Shown piece by piece: positions 9,647 to 17,420 of a stretch of 64,000 nucleotides of DNA (position 1 is its first letter; every line of letters starts with the position of its first letter). The stretch covers positions 128,001-192,000 of the IMG/VR virus record IMGVR_UViG_3300037780_000034; one strand, written 5' to 3'. The position numbers and the translations under genes were made by a program. This stretch comes from a virus (lineage: Duplodnaviria; Caudoviricetes). Under the pieces are notes generated by a model. That model saw only the letters and a program-made list of their open reading frames with translations, was not told where the DNA came from and made no database searches.

Positions 9647-9827
9647 TTATATACTACAGGCTAACTTTTGGGGGTTAGCTTGGTGTTACAGAAGTATAGG
9701 AAATCATTCGGAACCAAATAATGCCTATACCATTTTACGGTTCCAGCAAAACACAGTTGACAACCGATAGAGAATCAGCTACATTACAGACACTGAAAAT
9801 GAAACCACTAACAAAAGGTGAAACACT

Positions 9828-10280
9828 ATGAAGGGCATTGAAGCCAAATATACTGCTAAAGTAATTGCAAAAATGATCAAACATAATCGTTCAATTGAAC
9901 GCAAACATCAGCGTAAAAGTGAACGTGATTTCTTTGATGATGAAAGCTATGTTATTGCAAACTTTACACATAAAGAAGGAAAGAAACTTTCTTCACAATT
10001 TCGTGCATTTATGATCCATAATGCTTTTAAGAAAAATCGTGGATTTACAAGTGCAGAAGTTGCTTATTTTAACCTTGGTGAAAATTCACTGTCTACTATC
10101 AAAGAGAATAAAGAACTATATTCACGATATATGGATAGGTTTAAACGCCAGCAAAAAGCAATTAACATTGTTCGTCATAAACTTCTTGATCATAATGAAC
10201 GTGAAAGTTTTGAAAACTGGCTTAACACAAATGCAATGAATGAAACTTACTTTGACGAAAATTTCCTTCAACCTGCATAA
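9828..10280 (+). CDS. hypothetical protein
   Basis: RBS AAGGTG; promoter just upstream. Confidence 0.7.
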   Translation: MKGIEAKYTAKVIAKMIKHNRSIERKHQRKSERDFFDDESYVIANFTHKEGKKLSSQFRAFMIHNAFKKNRGFTSAEVAYFNLGENSLSTIKENKELYSRYMDRFKRQQKAINIVRHKLLDHNERESFENWLNTNAMNETYFDENFLQPA

Positions 10281-10543
10281 TACTGGTTGACACTGTTGAA
10301 AATCATTGATATAGTGTCAACAACAACAAAACGCTCTTTGACAATTTAACCATCTTCCCTATGCGAAAGCTATGATGGGATAAAAACAGACTTATTGTGT
10401 AAGATGAAGAATCTGTAAATCGCAATTGGTTGTCTGTTTTGAATATGATAGCACCACTTCCGAGTAATCAGATAATAACTGATTATTTCGAGTTAATTAA
10501 TAGTTTGAGCAAACGGATGCTATCATATTCAAAACAGATATAA

Positions 10544-10617
10544 GGCTCTATTGCATTGTGGAATGCAGCGGCTTCTAACCCCGTTTCAAGCAGGTTCGAC
10601 TCCTGTTAGGGCCACCA
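10544..10617 (+). tRNA. probable amber suppressor tRNA (CTA); alternative reading is a distorted Arg(TCT)
   Basis: canonical spacing puts TT-CTA-AC in the loop; C31.C39 mismatch. Confidence 0.65.
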
Positions 10618-10727
10618 AATAAAACCAAATGGAGAGAAAAATGTTCTAGATTTATATACCACCATAACTTCTATTGATTTAAAGTTTAAAGAAAGACCTT
10701 TACTCAAATATCAATAGGAGAAACAAA

Positions 10728-11108
10728 ATGAGTATTCAATTAAAAATTAAAAATAAACATCTTAGTGAAGAAGCACGAATCATACGTTTTGAAGAAAACA
10801 AAATCAAAAAACACGCTCGTAACGTAAGAGAACGTCAAGGGCACCAAACTGCCGATGATATAATGAAAACTTTTCAGTCACTTAGACATCATCGCAGATG
10901 GGACGTTCGTAACGAAAATCGTGCTACTTTTATTGCCAGAGCCTTCATAGAAGGAAAATCATATAAACAAGTTGAAACCAAACGTAATCCAGAGAATGAA
11001 TATACATTTATAGCGTTTGTGTTGCCAAGAGTGTTGACAATGGTAAACAAGTATGGCAATGTCCAGATAACAAAAGAAGAATTACTCAAATGGTGTAATC
11101 AAGAATAA
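10728..11108 (+). CDS. hypothetical basic protein
   Basis: RBS AGGAG. Confidence 0.7.
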   Translation: MSIQLKIKNKHLSEEARIIRFEENKIKKHARNVRERQGHQTADDIMKTFQSLRHHRRWDVRNENRATFIARAFIEGKSYKQVETKRNPENEYTFIAFVLPRVLTMVNKYGNVQITKEELLKWCNQE

Positions 11109-11115
11109 CTAAAAC

Positions 11116-11192
11116 GGAAGCATAGCATAATTGGTTAATGCCCACGTCTCATAAACGTGTTTATCTTGGTTCAAGTCCAAGTGCTTCCACCA
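11116..11192 (+). tRNA. tRNA(CAT), Met or Ile2
   Basis: canonical cloverleaf. Confidence 0.9.
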
Positions 11193-11337
11193 ATATGTTG
11201 AAACTTAATTGTCAGTCTGACGTTTCAATATTAATTAATTAATGACTGGCCAAAGGCTTGATGTGTTAAAAACCTTGTGGTGATGTAATCAAGATAAACC
11301 ACATAAACTCCTTTGTATGAAATGAAATTTCCTCTTT

Positions 11338-11395
11338 AGGATGATTACCGCAAAATTAATAAACTTTTTTTTGGTAAAAGCAGAACATCATCCTG
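11338..11395 (+). ncRNA. cassette 2 with a short hairpin cargo
   Basis: AGGATGAT-TACCGCAA ... ATCATCCT-G. Confidence 0.8.
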
Positions 11396-11407
11396 ATTGT
11401 GTATTGT

Positions 11408-11487
11408 GGGCGAGTGGGCAAATTGGTAAAGTCGGTTCACTCAAAATGAGAGTCATTTTGTCGGTTCGAGTCCGACCTCGCCTACCA
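11408..11487 (+). tRNA. tRNA-Leu(CAA)
   Basis: loop CT-CAA-AA; 8-nt variable region. Confidence 0.9.
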
Positions 11488-11572
11488 ATTTTATCTTATG
11501 AGTTAAGATTTGTTTTAATCATTGAAGTCCCTCTACGGGCACCAACAACTATAAACACTAAAATAGAATAAT

Positions 11573-11647
11573 GCGGACATCGTATAAGGTTATTACGCTT
11601 GGCGACCAGCTAAGAAATACAGGTTAGAATCCTGTTGTCCTGCTCCA
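11573..11647 (+). tRNA. atypical tRNA-Gly (ACC)
   Basis: Gly-type G1-C72, C2-G71, U73; bulged acceptor; loop CG-ACC-AG; T loop TTAGAAT. Confidence 0.65.
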
Positions 11648-11655
11648 AATAACTG

Positions 11656-11684
11656 TTGACACTCACCAGAGAATCAACTATAGT
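11656..11684 (+). promoter_or_regulatory. sigma70-type promoter
   Basis: TTGACA-17-TATAGT. Confidence 0.8.
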
Positions 11685-11708
11685 AACAGTGTAAGAACTA
11701 ATACTTGT

Positions 11709-11785
11709 GGGCCTGTAGCATAATTGGTTAATGCCCAGTGCTCATAACACTGTCAATCGCGGTTCAAGTCCGTGCGGGCCTACCA
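11709..11785 (+). tRNA. tRNA(CAT), Ile2 or Met
   Basis: canonical cloverleaf. Confidence 0.9.
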
Positions 11786-11805
11786 GTATTAGTTTTTGAT
11801 TTTTT

Positions 11806-11864
11806 AGGATGACTTCCGCAAAATTATGCATTTGACCGTTAATCAAAAAAGCAAAATCATCCTG
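11806..11864 (+). ncRNA. cassette 3 carrying an isolated Asn-type anticodon arm
   Basis: AGGATGAC-TTCCGCAA ... TTTGA-CC-GTT-AA-TCAAA ... ATCATCCT-G. Confidence 0.8.
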
Positions 11865-11873
11865 TAATAGAAT

Positions 11874-11967
11874 GGGCGCGTGGCGAAATTGGTTGAAACG
11901 CAAGGCACTTAAAATGCCTCACAGATTAGTGATCACACTGTGGGTTCGAGTCCCACCGCGCCTACCA
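11874..11967 (+). tRNA. tRNA-Leu(TAA)
   Basis: loop CT-TAA-AA; long variable arm. Confidence 0.9.
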
Positions 11968-12026
11968 AAATGTAGTAAACACAAAGAAATTTACTTCTAC
12001 TCATAAATAAGTAGAAGGAGAATTAA

Positions 12027-12467
12027 ATGAGTGATTACTTCAAAAATTATATGAACTTAACAAAAGAAAACAGACAAAGACACTTAGATATATCTTCACC
12101 TTGTGAAGAACGTGGTGGGAATAGCACAATATATAGAGGAGTCCTTGCTCAATATTTAAACACTCCTATCCCGATGGGTAGGATAGCAGTTCTGGCTCAC
12201 GCATGTAACAATAATAAATGTTCTAATCCACAGCATTTATATTGGGCGACAGACAGAGAGAATATAGTAGAAGATGGAAAAAAGTTTGGAACTTTTAAGA
12301 GTGTTTGGGAACGAATGGTAGACAAGCACGGTTATGAAGAAGCTTGTAGGCTACAAGCCAACGGTGCCCAATCAAAGGCAGGACAAGGAAACAAAGGTAA
12401 ACGAAAGTCTGAAGAACATAAGCGCAAAATATCCGAATCTTTAAAAATAAAAAATAGAAAAGAATAA
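12027..12467 (+). CDS. His-Me-finger (HNH-type) homing endonuclease with NUMOD3-like tail
   Basis: HACNNNKCSNPQHL; KRKSEEHKRKISESLK. Confidence 0.8.
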   Translation: MSDYFKNYMNLTKENRQRHLDISSPCEERGGNSTIYRGVLAQYLNTPIPMGRIAVLAHACNNNKCSNPQHLYWATDRENIVEDGKKFGTFKSVWERMVDKHGYEEACRLQANGAQSKAGQGNKGKRKSEEHKRKISESLKIKNRKE

Positions 12468-12538
12468 ATCTTCTAATAATATAAATAATTATAGAAATTT
12501 GCAACCATTATACAACTACCAAAAAGGATTAAAATGTT

Positions 12539-12662
12539 AGGATCATTACCGCAATTTTATTTGCATTTCCAGCCGTAGATGCAGGTGCAATTCCTGCTCA
12601 CCCTACCAATATAAATTATGGGGTGATCGTCTAATAGTAGGACAACGTATAATATGATCCTG
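12539..12662 (+). ncRNA. cassette 4 carrying a circularly permuted tRNA (TTC, Glu-like)
   Basis: AGGATCAT-TACCGCAA ... ATGATCCT-G; 3' half 12563-12608, 5' half 12620-12647. Confidence 0.85.
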
Positions 12663-12697
12663 TTCTTTAAAAAAAAGAAAGTTAATTTAAGTTTTTT

Positions 12698-12816
12698 AGA
12701 TTATGTTCAGCAAACCATATAAATTATATGAAAGCCTATCAACGTTGCCGGAAGGCCCGTATGGCAAACCCAGTTTTCGATTTTCTGGTTCTATAAAAAA
12801 GTAGACACATAATCTG
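12698..12816 (+). ncRNA. cassette 5 with a multi-hairpin cargo
   Basis: AGATTATG-TTCAGCAA ... CATAATCT-G. Confidence 0.8.
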
Positions 12817-12823
12817 TAATAAT

Positions 12824-12900
12824 TGCGGGGTAGACTGGAGAGGTACCCAGCACGGTCTCATAAGCCGATCACGGCGGTTCGAATCCGCCCCCCGCAACCA
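12824..12900 (+). tRNA. initiator-like tRNA-fMet(CAT)
   Basis: TGCGGGG/CCCCGCA-A-CCA; loop CT-CAT-AA. Confidence 0.85.
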
Positions 12901-13164
12901 TTTTTATAAAATGATAATTCCCTTTATTTTTACGAGTTTCCTTTCCGAGTAAAAATATCAAGGTTGAGTTATCATTTTATAAAAATGAGGATATAAATTA
13001 TGGATAAAGAAATACAAGATTTTATAGATTTTTGGAAAGAAAAAGATGTAAAATTACCAAATCCACAAAATTATCCAAAATCTTTTGAATGGTATGTTAC
13101 AATGTGGAAATATCACACAAAATAATATTATAAATACCTATGTAAGTTAACATAGGAGATAATA

Positions 13165-13809
13165 ATGTCATTAATAAGAATTCAACAAATACTAAAAGAT
13201 ATGAACCACGATCCAGGTCCAATTGATGGATTATGGGGAAGCAGAACAAAAGCTGCATTAGAAAGTTTAATACAATGGGAAGGAAAACCAGTAACGGTTA
13301 CTTCCAATTCATCTGATGATGATTTACCTTGGATGATAGAAGGAAAAAAAGTATTTGGGTTTCACGAAGTTAGAAATAATAGTGAATTAAGAAAATGGTT
13401 AAGAAGTGATGGTGCTACTCTTGGTGATCCAAAAGCACTTCCCTGGTGTGGTGATTTTACCGAGACTGCTATAAAAAACTCATTACCAACTGAACCTTTT
13501 ACTGGTAGAATGCTTGAAAATCCATATTGGGCAAGAAATTGGCTTGAATTTGGTCGTGCATCGCCTGCTATATATGGATGCATAGGCGTTTTTAGTAGAG
13601 GCACAGGAGGTCACGTTGGTTTCTTGGTAGGTGAAGATGCAACAGACTATTATGTTTTTGGTGGAAATCAAAGCGATAGTGTTAATATAGTAAGAATAGA
13701 TAAAAAACGTTTACTGGGAACAAGATGGCCATTGACTTACAATATTGTTAATACACCATTACCTAAAAGAGACCCAAAAACTGTAATCAAATCAGTTAAT
13801 GAAATATAA
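13165..13809 (+). CDS. endolysin-like: peptidoglycan-binding domain plus CHAP/NlpC-type domain (TIGR02594-like)
   Basis: PGPIDGLWGSRTKAAL; PWCGDF; GHVGF; GGNQSDSV. Confidence 0.8.
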   Translation: MSLIRIQQILKDMNHDPGPIDGLWGSRTKAALESLIQWEGKPVTVTSNSSDDDLPWMIEGKKVFGFHEVRNNSELRKWLRSDGATLGDPKALPWCGDFTETAIKNSLPTEPFTGRMLENPYWARNWLEFGRASPAIYGCIGVFSRGTGGHVGFLVGEDATDYYVFGGNQSDSVNIVRIDKKRLLGTRWPLTYNIVNTPLPKRDPKTVIKSVNEI

Positions 13810-13818
13810 GGAAAAGTT

Positions 13819-14055
13819 ATGAAAATAGTATTTGCCCAAGGTGCATTTGATGATTTTGATGGAACACAAGAAGAACTTGATAACCTTCTTTCGGAATTAA
13901 AAGAAATGATTGAAAGTGGTTCACTTATGGAAAAAAGTGAACCAGTGGATTTAGACTTATTGCAAGAAGAAAATCCAGAAATATATGAAAAAATTATGAA
14001 GTTTGATAGTTTAGATCAAGATACGTTTGAAAATACTAAAAATAAACTCCATTAA
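13819..14055 (+). CDS. hypothetical acidic protein
   Basis: RBS AAGGA. Confidence 0.65.
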   Translation: MKIVFAQGAFDDFDGTQEELDNLLSELKEMIESGSLMEKSEPVDLDLLQEENPEIYEKIMKFDSLDQDTFENTKNKLH

Positions 14056-14059
14056 TTTT

Positions 14060-14138
14060 GGCCCCATCGTCTACGCTGGTGTTAGGATACTCGGCTTTCA
14101 TCCGAGAGAAGTCGGTTCAATTCCGTCTGGGGCTACCA
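14060..14138 (+). tRNA. tRNA-Glu(TTC)
   Basis: loop CT-TTC-AT; G1-U72, A73. Confidence 0.9.
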
Positions 14139-14145
14139 AAATAAT

Positions 14146-14231
14146 GTGTCGGTGGGTGAGCGGTTTAAACCACCTGACTGTAAATCAGGCGCTGAAAAGC
14201 AACGCTAGTTCGAATCTAGCCCGACACACCA
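14146..14231 (+). tRNA. tRNA-Tyr(GTA)
   Basis: class II cloverleaf. Confidence 0.95.
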
Positions 14232-14273
14232 AATATTATGAGTGCAAAGTTACAAGCACTCAAAACAAATCTT

Positions 14274-14350
14274 GTGCGTGTGTAGCTGAATGGTTAAGCG
14301 CAGGATTGCAAATCCTGATTATGTTGGTTCGAGTCCAATCACGCACTCCA
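14274..14350 (+). tRNA. tRNA-Cys(GCA)
   Basis: GTGCGTG/CACGCAC acceptor, U73; 4-nt instead of 2-nt linker after the acceptor stem. Confidence 0.85.
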
Positions 14351-14389
14351 ATATAGTCTACTCTAATAAATAATAAAAAAGGTAAAAAA

Positions 14390-14560
14390 ATGGAAATATC
14401 TGATAGGATTGAATCTTTAAAAGCAAAACATCGTGAACTTGATAGTAGGATTGAAGTTCTGTATGCTGAAAGAGTAGACGAAAAGTATATAACTTCTCTA
14501 AAAAAAGAAAAGTTAAAGATAAAAGAAGAAATTACTAAGTTACAAAATAGCTTAGTATAA
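14390..14560 (+). CDS. small coiled-coil protein, YdcH/DUF465-like
   Basis: LKAKHRELDSRI...LKKEKLKIKEEI (56 aa, below the ORF-track cutoff). Confidence 0.7.
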   Translation: MEISDRIESLKAKHRELDSRIEVLYAERVDEKYITSLKKEKLKIKEEITKLQNSLV

Positions 14561-14568
14561 AATAATTT

Positions 14569-14653
14569 AGGAATATTTCAGCAAATTTATCTTGGATAAA
14601 ACATTGTTCTCAAAAACAAAGTGAAGTGGTTCAAATCCACATCAATATTCCTG
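14569..14653 (+). ncRNA. cassette 6 enclosing D-, anticodon- and T-like arms without an acceptor end
   Basis: AGGAATAT-TTCAGCAA ... GTGG-TTCAAAT-CCAC ... ATATTCCT-G. Confidence 0.8.
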
Positions 14654-14663
14654 ACTAATATCT

Positions 14664-14774
14664 TGGAACATTACCGCAACTATAACATAAACAATGGGTT
14701 ACAGGTTCAAATCCTGTCTTTTACAGTTTGTAAAAGTAGTTCAATGGTAGAACAATTGTCAAAAAATGTTCCAG
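14664..14774 (+). ncRNA. cassette 7 carrying a permuted tRNA-like RNA with a closed acceptor stem and no CCA
   Basis: TGGAACAT-TACCGCAA ... T arm, CTTTTACA-GTT-TGTAAAAG, D arm ... ATGTTCCA-G. Confidence 0.85.
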
Positions 14775-14782
14775 TATTTTAT

Positions 14783-14856
14783 GGGGGATTAGTTCAATGG
14801 TAGAACAGGTGCTTTACGCGCATCATACAGCAGTTCGATTCTGTTATCCCCTACCA
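14783..14856 (+). tRNA. tRNA-Val(TAC)
   Basis: loop TT-TAC-GC; CCA. Confidence 0.9.
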
Positions 14857-14871
14857 ATATTAGGAAAAAAT

Positions 14872-15309
14872 ATGAATAATAAATGGGATTTAAGATTTTT
14901 AGAATTAGCAAAACATATTGCAGAATGGTCAAAAGACCCAAGCACAAAAGTTGGGTGTGTAATAGTAAGACCAGATAAAACTATTGCGTCTGTTGGTTAC
15001 AATGGATTTCCACGTGGTGTTAATGATGAACCAGAAAGATATAATAATCGTGAGATAAAATATCTTATGGTAAAACACGCAGAAGAGAATGCAGTATACA
15101 GTTCAAAAGAATCATTGACTGGATATACGGCGTATGTTACACACTATCCGTGTTCTAGTTGCACAGGAACACTAATACAAAATGGAATAAAAAGAATTGT
15201 AACACAAAAACCAGATGATAGTTTTGCTTCAAGGTTTCGTGATAGTTTTGAATCATCAAAAATAATGATTAATGAAACTGGTATAGAATTAGTTTTAATA
15301 GAAGATTAA
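14872..15309 (+). CDS. dCMP deaminase
   Basis: SKDPSTKVGC, HAEENA, PCSSC. Confidence 0.9.
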   Translation: MNNKWDLRFLELAKHIAEWSKDPSTKVGCVIVRPDKTIASVGYNGFPRGVNDEPERYNNREIKYLMVKHAEENAVYSSKESLTGYTAYVTHYPCSSCTGTLIQNGIKRIVTQKPDDSFASRFRDSFESSKIMINETGIELVLIED

Positions 15310-15311
15310 AT

Positions 15312-15396
15312 GGGCTAGTGTTGAAATAGGTAGACAATGCGCACTTAGAATGCGTTGCCGAAAGGCGTGGGGGTTCAAGTCCCTCCTAGCCTACCA
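15312..15396 (+). tRNA. tRNA-Leu(TAG)
   Basis: class II cloverleaf. Confidence 0.95.
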
Positions 15397-15414
15397 TTAT
15401 TGAAAGGATACAAA

Positions 15415-15588
15415 ATGAAAAACAAAATAAAAACACCTAAACCACGAAATGAATATGCAATTTCTGCAAGGTTTAGAACAGGTGCTGGTCCTATGCAAAA
15501 ATCTAAGAAAGCACAGAGACAACAAGATAAAATTGCTTTAAAGAAAAAAGGTAAAGACTACTTTAACAATAGAGAAACTATTCTTTAA
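15415..15588 (+). CDS. small basic hypothetical protein
   Basis: RBS AAGGA; KPRNEYA..GAGPM. Confidence 0.6.
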   Translation: MKNKIKTPKPRNEYAISARFRTGAGPMQKSKKAQRQQDKIALKKKGKDYFNNRETIL

Positions 15589-15735
15589 GTAGTCTTGTTT
15601 TATAATATATGAAAGGATATAATATGTTTACATTAATAGTAGGAATAGTAATTGGTGCTTTCATTGGTTGGAATTTTCCACAACCAGAGTTTGCTAGAAA
15701 TATTCAAAATAAGATAAAAAATATTCTAAAATAAT

Positions 15736-16509
15736 GCCACGGTAGCTCAGTCCGGTAGAGCATACAGGTTTGTAAAATAGTAAATATCTAAAAAGGATAT
15801 TTACTATGATTAGAAATAAAATAGAATGTAAAAAATGTGAAAGATTGATAAGTTTATCAAATCATAAAAGACATACACAATCCTGTAATGGCAAAAAAGT
15901 ATCTTCAAACAAAACTATTGAAGAAAATCATATTGATTGGAAAACAATACAAGAAGATTATGACAATGGATTAACATACCGTGGAATAACAGAAAAATAC
16001 AAAATATGTCAACAATCAATATCAAATGCGAGAAAAAAAGGTCTGTTAAAAACACGTTCTAAATCAGAAGCCTCTAAACTTTATTATAAAAATAATACAC
16101 CAAACATAATGAGCGATGAGGCCAGAAAAAGAATTTCTGAAAAAATGTCCGAACATAATCACGGCGGAAGAAGTAAATGGTTTGAGATAGATGGGAAGAA
16201 AGTCCAAGGAACTTGGGAGCTTAACTTTGCCAAATTTTGCAAAGAGAACAACATAGAATGGCAAAGATGCAAACCTTGGAAATATAAAATGGATAAAAAA
16301 ATAAGAAGCTATACACCAGACTTTTATATTCCAAGCAAAAAATTATTTATAGAAATAAAAGGTCATTGGTGGGGAGATGATAGAAGAAAAATGAACTGTG
16401 TAATAGAACAACATCCTGATAAAAACATTCTTATAATAGAAAAAGAGATATACGAACAGATGCTAGATGGAAAATTAGAATGGTGATTCGAATTCACATC
16501 GTGGCACCA
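15736..16509 (+). pseudogene. tRNA-Thr(TGT) split by an endonuclease gene (pieces 15736-15775 and 16482-16509)
   Basis: GCCACGG pairs with TCGTGGC-A-CCA about 700 nt downstream; positions 39-48 are missing. Confidence 0.75.
15806..16486 (+). CDS. PD-(D/E)XK-type putative homing endonuclease
   Basis: YTPDFYI...FIEIKG; N-terminal Zn finger and HTH-like segment. Confidence 0.75.
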   Translation: MIRNKIECKKCERLISLSNHKRHTQSCNGKKVSSNKTIEENHIDWKTIQEDYDNGLTYRGITEKYKICQQSISNARKKGLLKTRSKSEASKLYYKNNTPNIMSDEARKRISEKMSEHNHGGRSKWFEIDGKKVQGTWELNFAKFCKENNIEWQRCKPWKYKMDKKIRSYTPDFYIPSKKLFIEIKGHWWGDDRRKMNCVIEQHPDKNILIIEKEIYEQMLDGKLEW

Positions 16510-16615
16510 TAGTTTTATGATACACTGTCCGCAACAGGTCTTGATGGGGTAGCTTACGAGCAAGCCAAAGTGTAGGTGTAAGTCCTACCGCAGTGTATCA
16601 TAAAAATATAAATAT

Positions 16616-16692
16616 TGTTCTGTAGCACAATTGGTTTAGTGCAGGCGACTGATAATCGTCAGATTCAAGTTCAAATCTTGACAGAACAACCA
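16616..16692 (+). tRNA. tRNA-Ile(GAT)
   Basis: loop CT-GAT-AA. Confidence 0.9.
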
Positions 16693-16701
16693 ACAAATTT
16701 A

Positions 16702-16777
16702 TGGTAGAAGGGAAATTGGCGACCGACCGCACTTTGAATGCGTGTTATTGTAAGTTCGAATCTTACTCTACCAACCA
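16702..16777 (+). tRNA. tRNA-Gln(TTG)
   Basis: U1-A72; loop CT-TTG-AA; weak D arm. Confidence 0.8.
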
Positions 16778-16799
16778 ATATAAAGTAAAAATGAAATAC

Positions 16800-16884
16800 G
16801 GACAAGTGCCCGAGAGGACAAAGGGAACTGACTTTTAATCAGTCGCTATATGCTACGTGGGTTCGAATCCCACCTTGTTCACCA
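16800..16884 (+). tRNA. tRNA-Lys(TTT) with a class II body
   Basis: loop CT-TTT-AA; 13-nt variable region; 3-bp D stem. Confidence 0.85.
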
Positions 16885-16962
16885 AAATATGGTCGAATCA
16901 GATTGACATATACAGTCAACTATGCTATTGTATAGTATATTCAATGAAAGAAAGATATTACT

Positions 16963-17409
16963 ATGAAAATTGAATACCGTCAAGGCGATCTATTTAAAAC
17001 AGAGATTAAAACAATTGTTCACGGATGCAATGCGCAAGGTGTTATGGGGTCTGGGGTTGCGAATATAATTCGTGAACAATATCCAGAAGCATATGAGCGT
17101 TATCGTAATGAGTATGAAAAACATAATTATCTAAAGCTTGGTGATATCATATCAGTTCCTTGTAATTACAAGTTTATTGTAAACGCTATTACACAAGAGT
17201 ATTTTGGGCGTGACAATAAACGATATGTTAGCTATGATGCAGTAGATGACGTTATGGTAAAGTTAAATAAATTTTACGATATATACGGTATTTCAGAAAT
17301 TGCTATGCCAAAAATTGGTGCTGGTTTAGGAAATGGTTCTTGGGAAGTGATAGAAGCAATCATAGAGAATCGTCTTGACACCGTGAAACCAGTAGTGTAT
17401 ACTATGTGA
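16963..17409 (+). CDS. macro domain (ADP-ribose binding/hydrolase) protein
   Basis: GDLF, IVHGCNAQGVMGSGVA, MPKIGAGLGNG. Confidence 0.9.
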   Translation: MKIEYRQGDLFKTEIKTIVHGCNAQGVMGSGVANIIREQYPEAYERYRNEYEKHNYLKLGDIISVPCNYKFIVNAITQEYFGRDNKRYVSYDAVDDVMVKLNKFYDIYGISEIAMPKIGAGLGNGSWEVIEAIIENRLDTVKPVVYTM

Positions 17410-17420
17410 TATGAAATAAT

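Noticed and set aside
15736-16509. Group I intron in tRNA-Thr
   Set aside because: No P7 (R/S) elements or space for a ribozyme core, and the 3' piece lacks positions 39-48.
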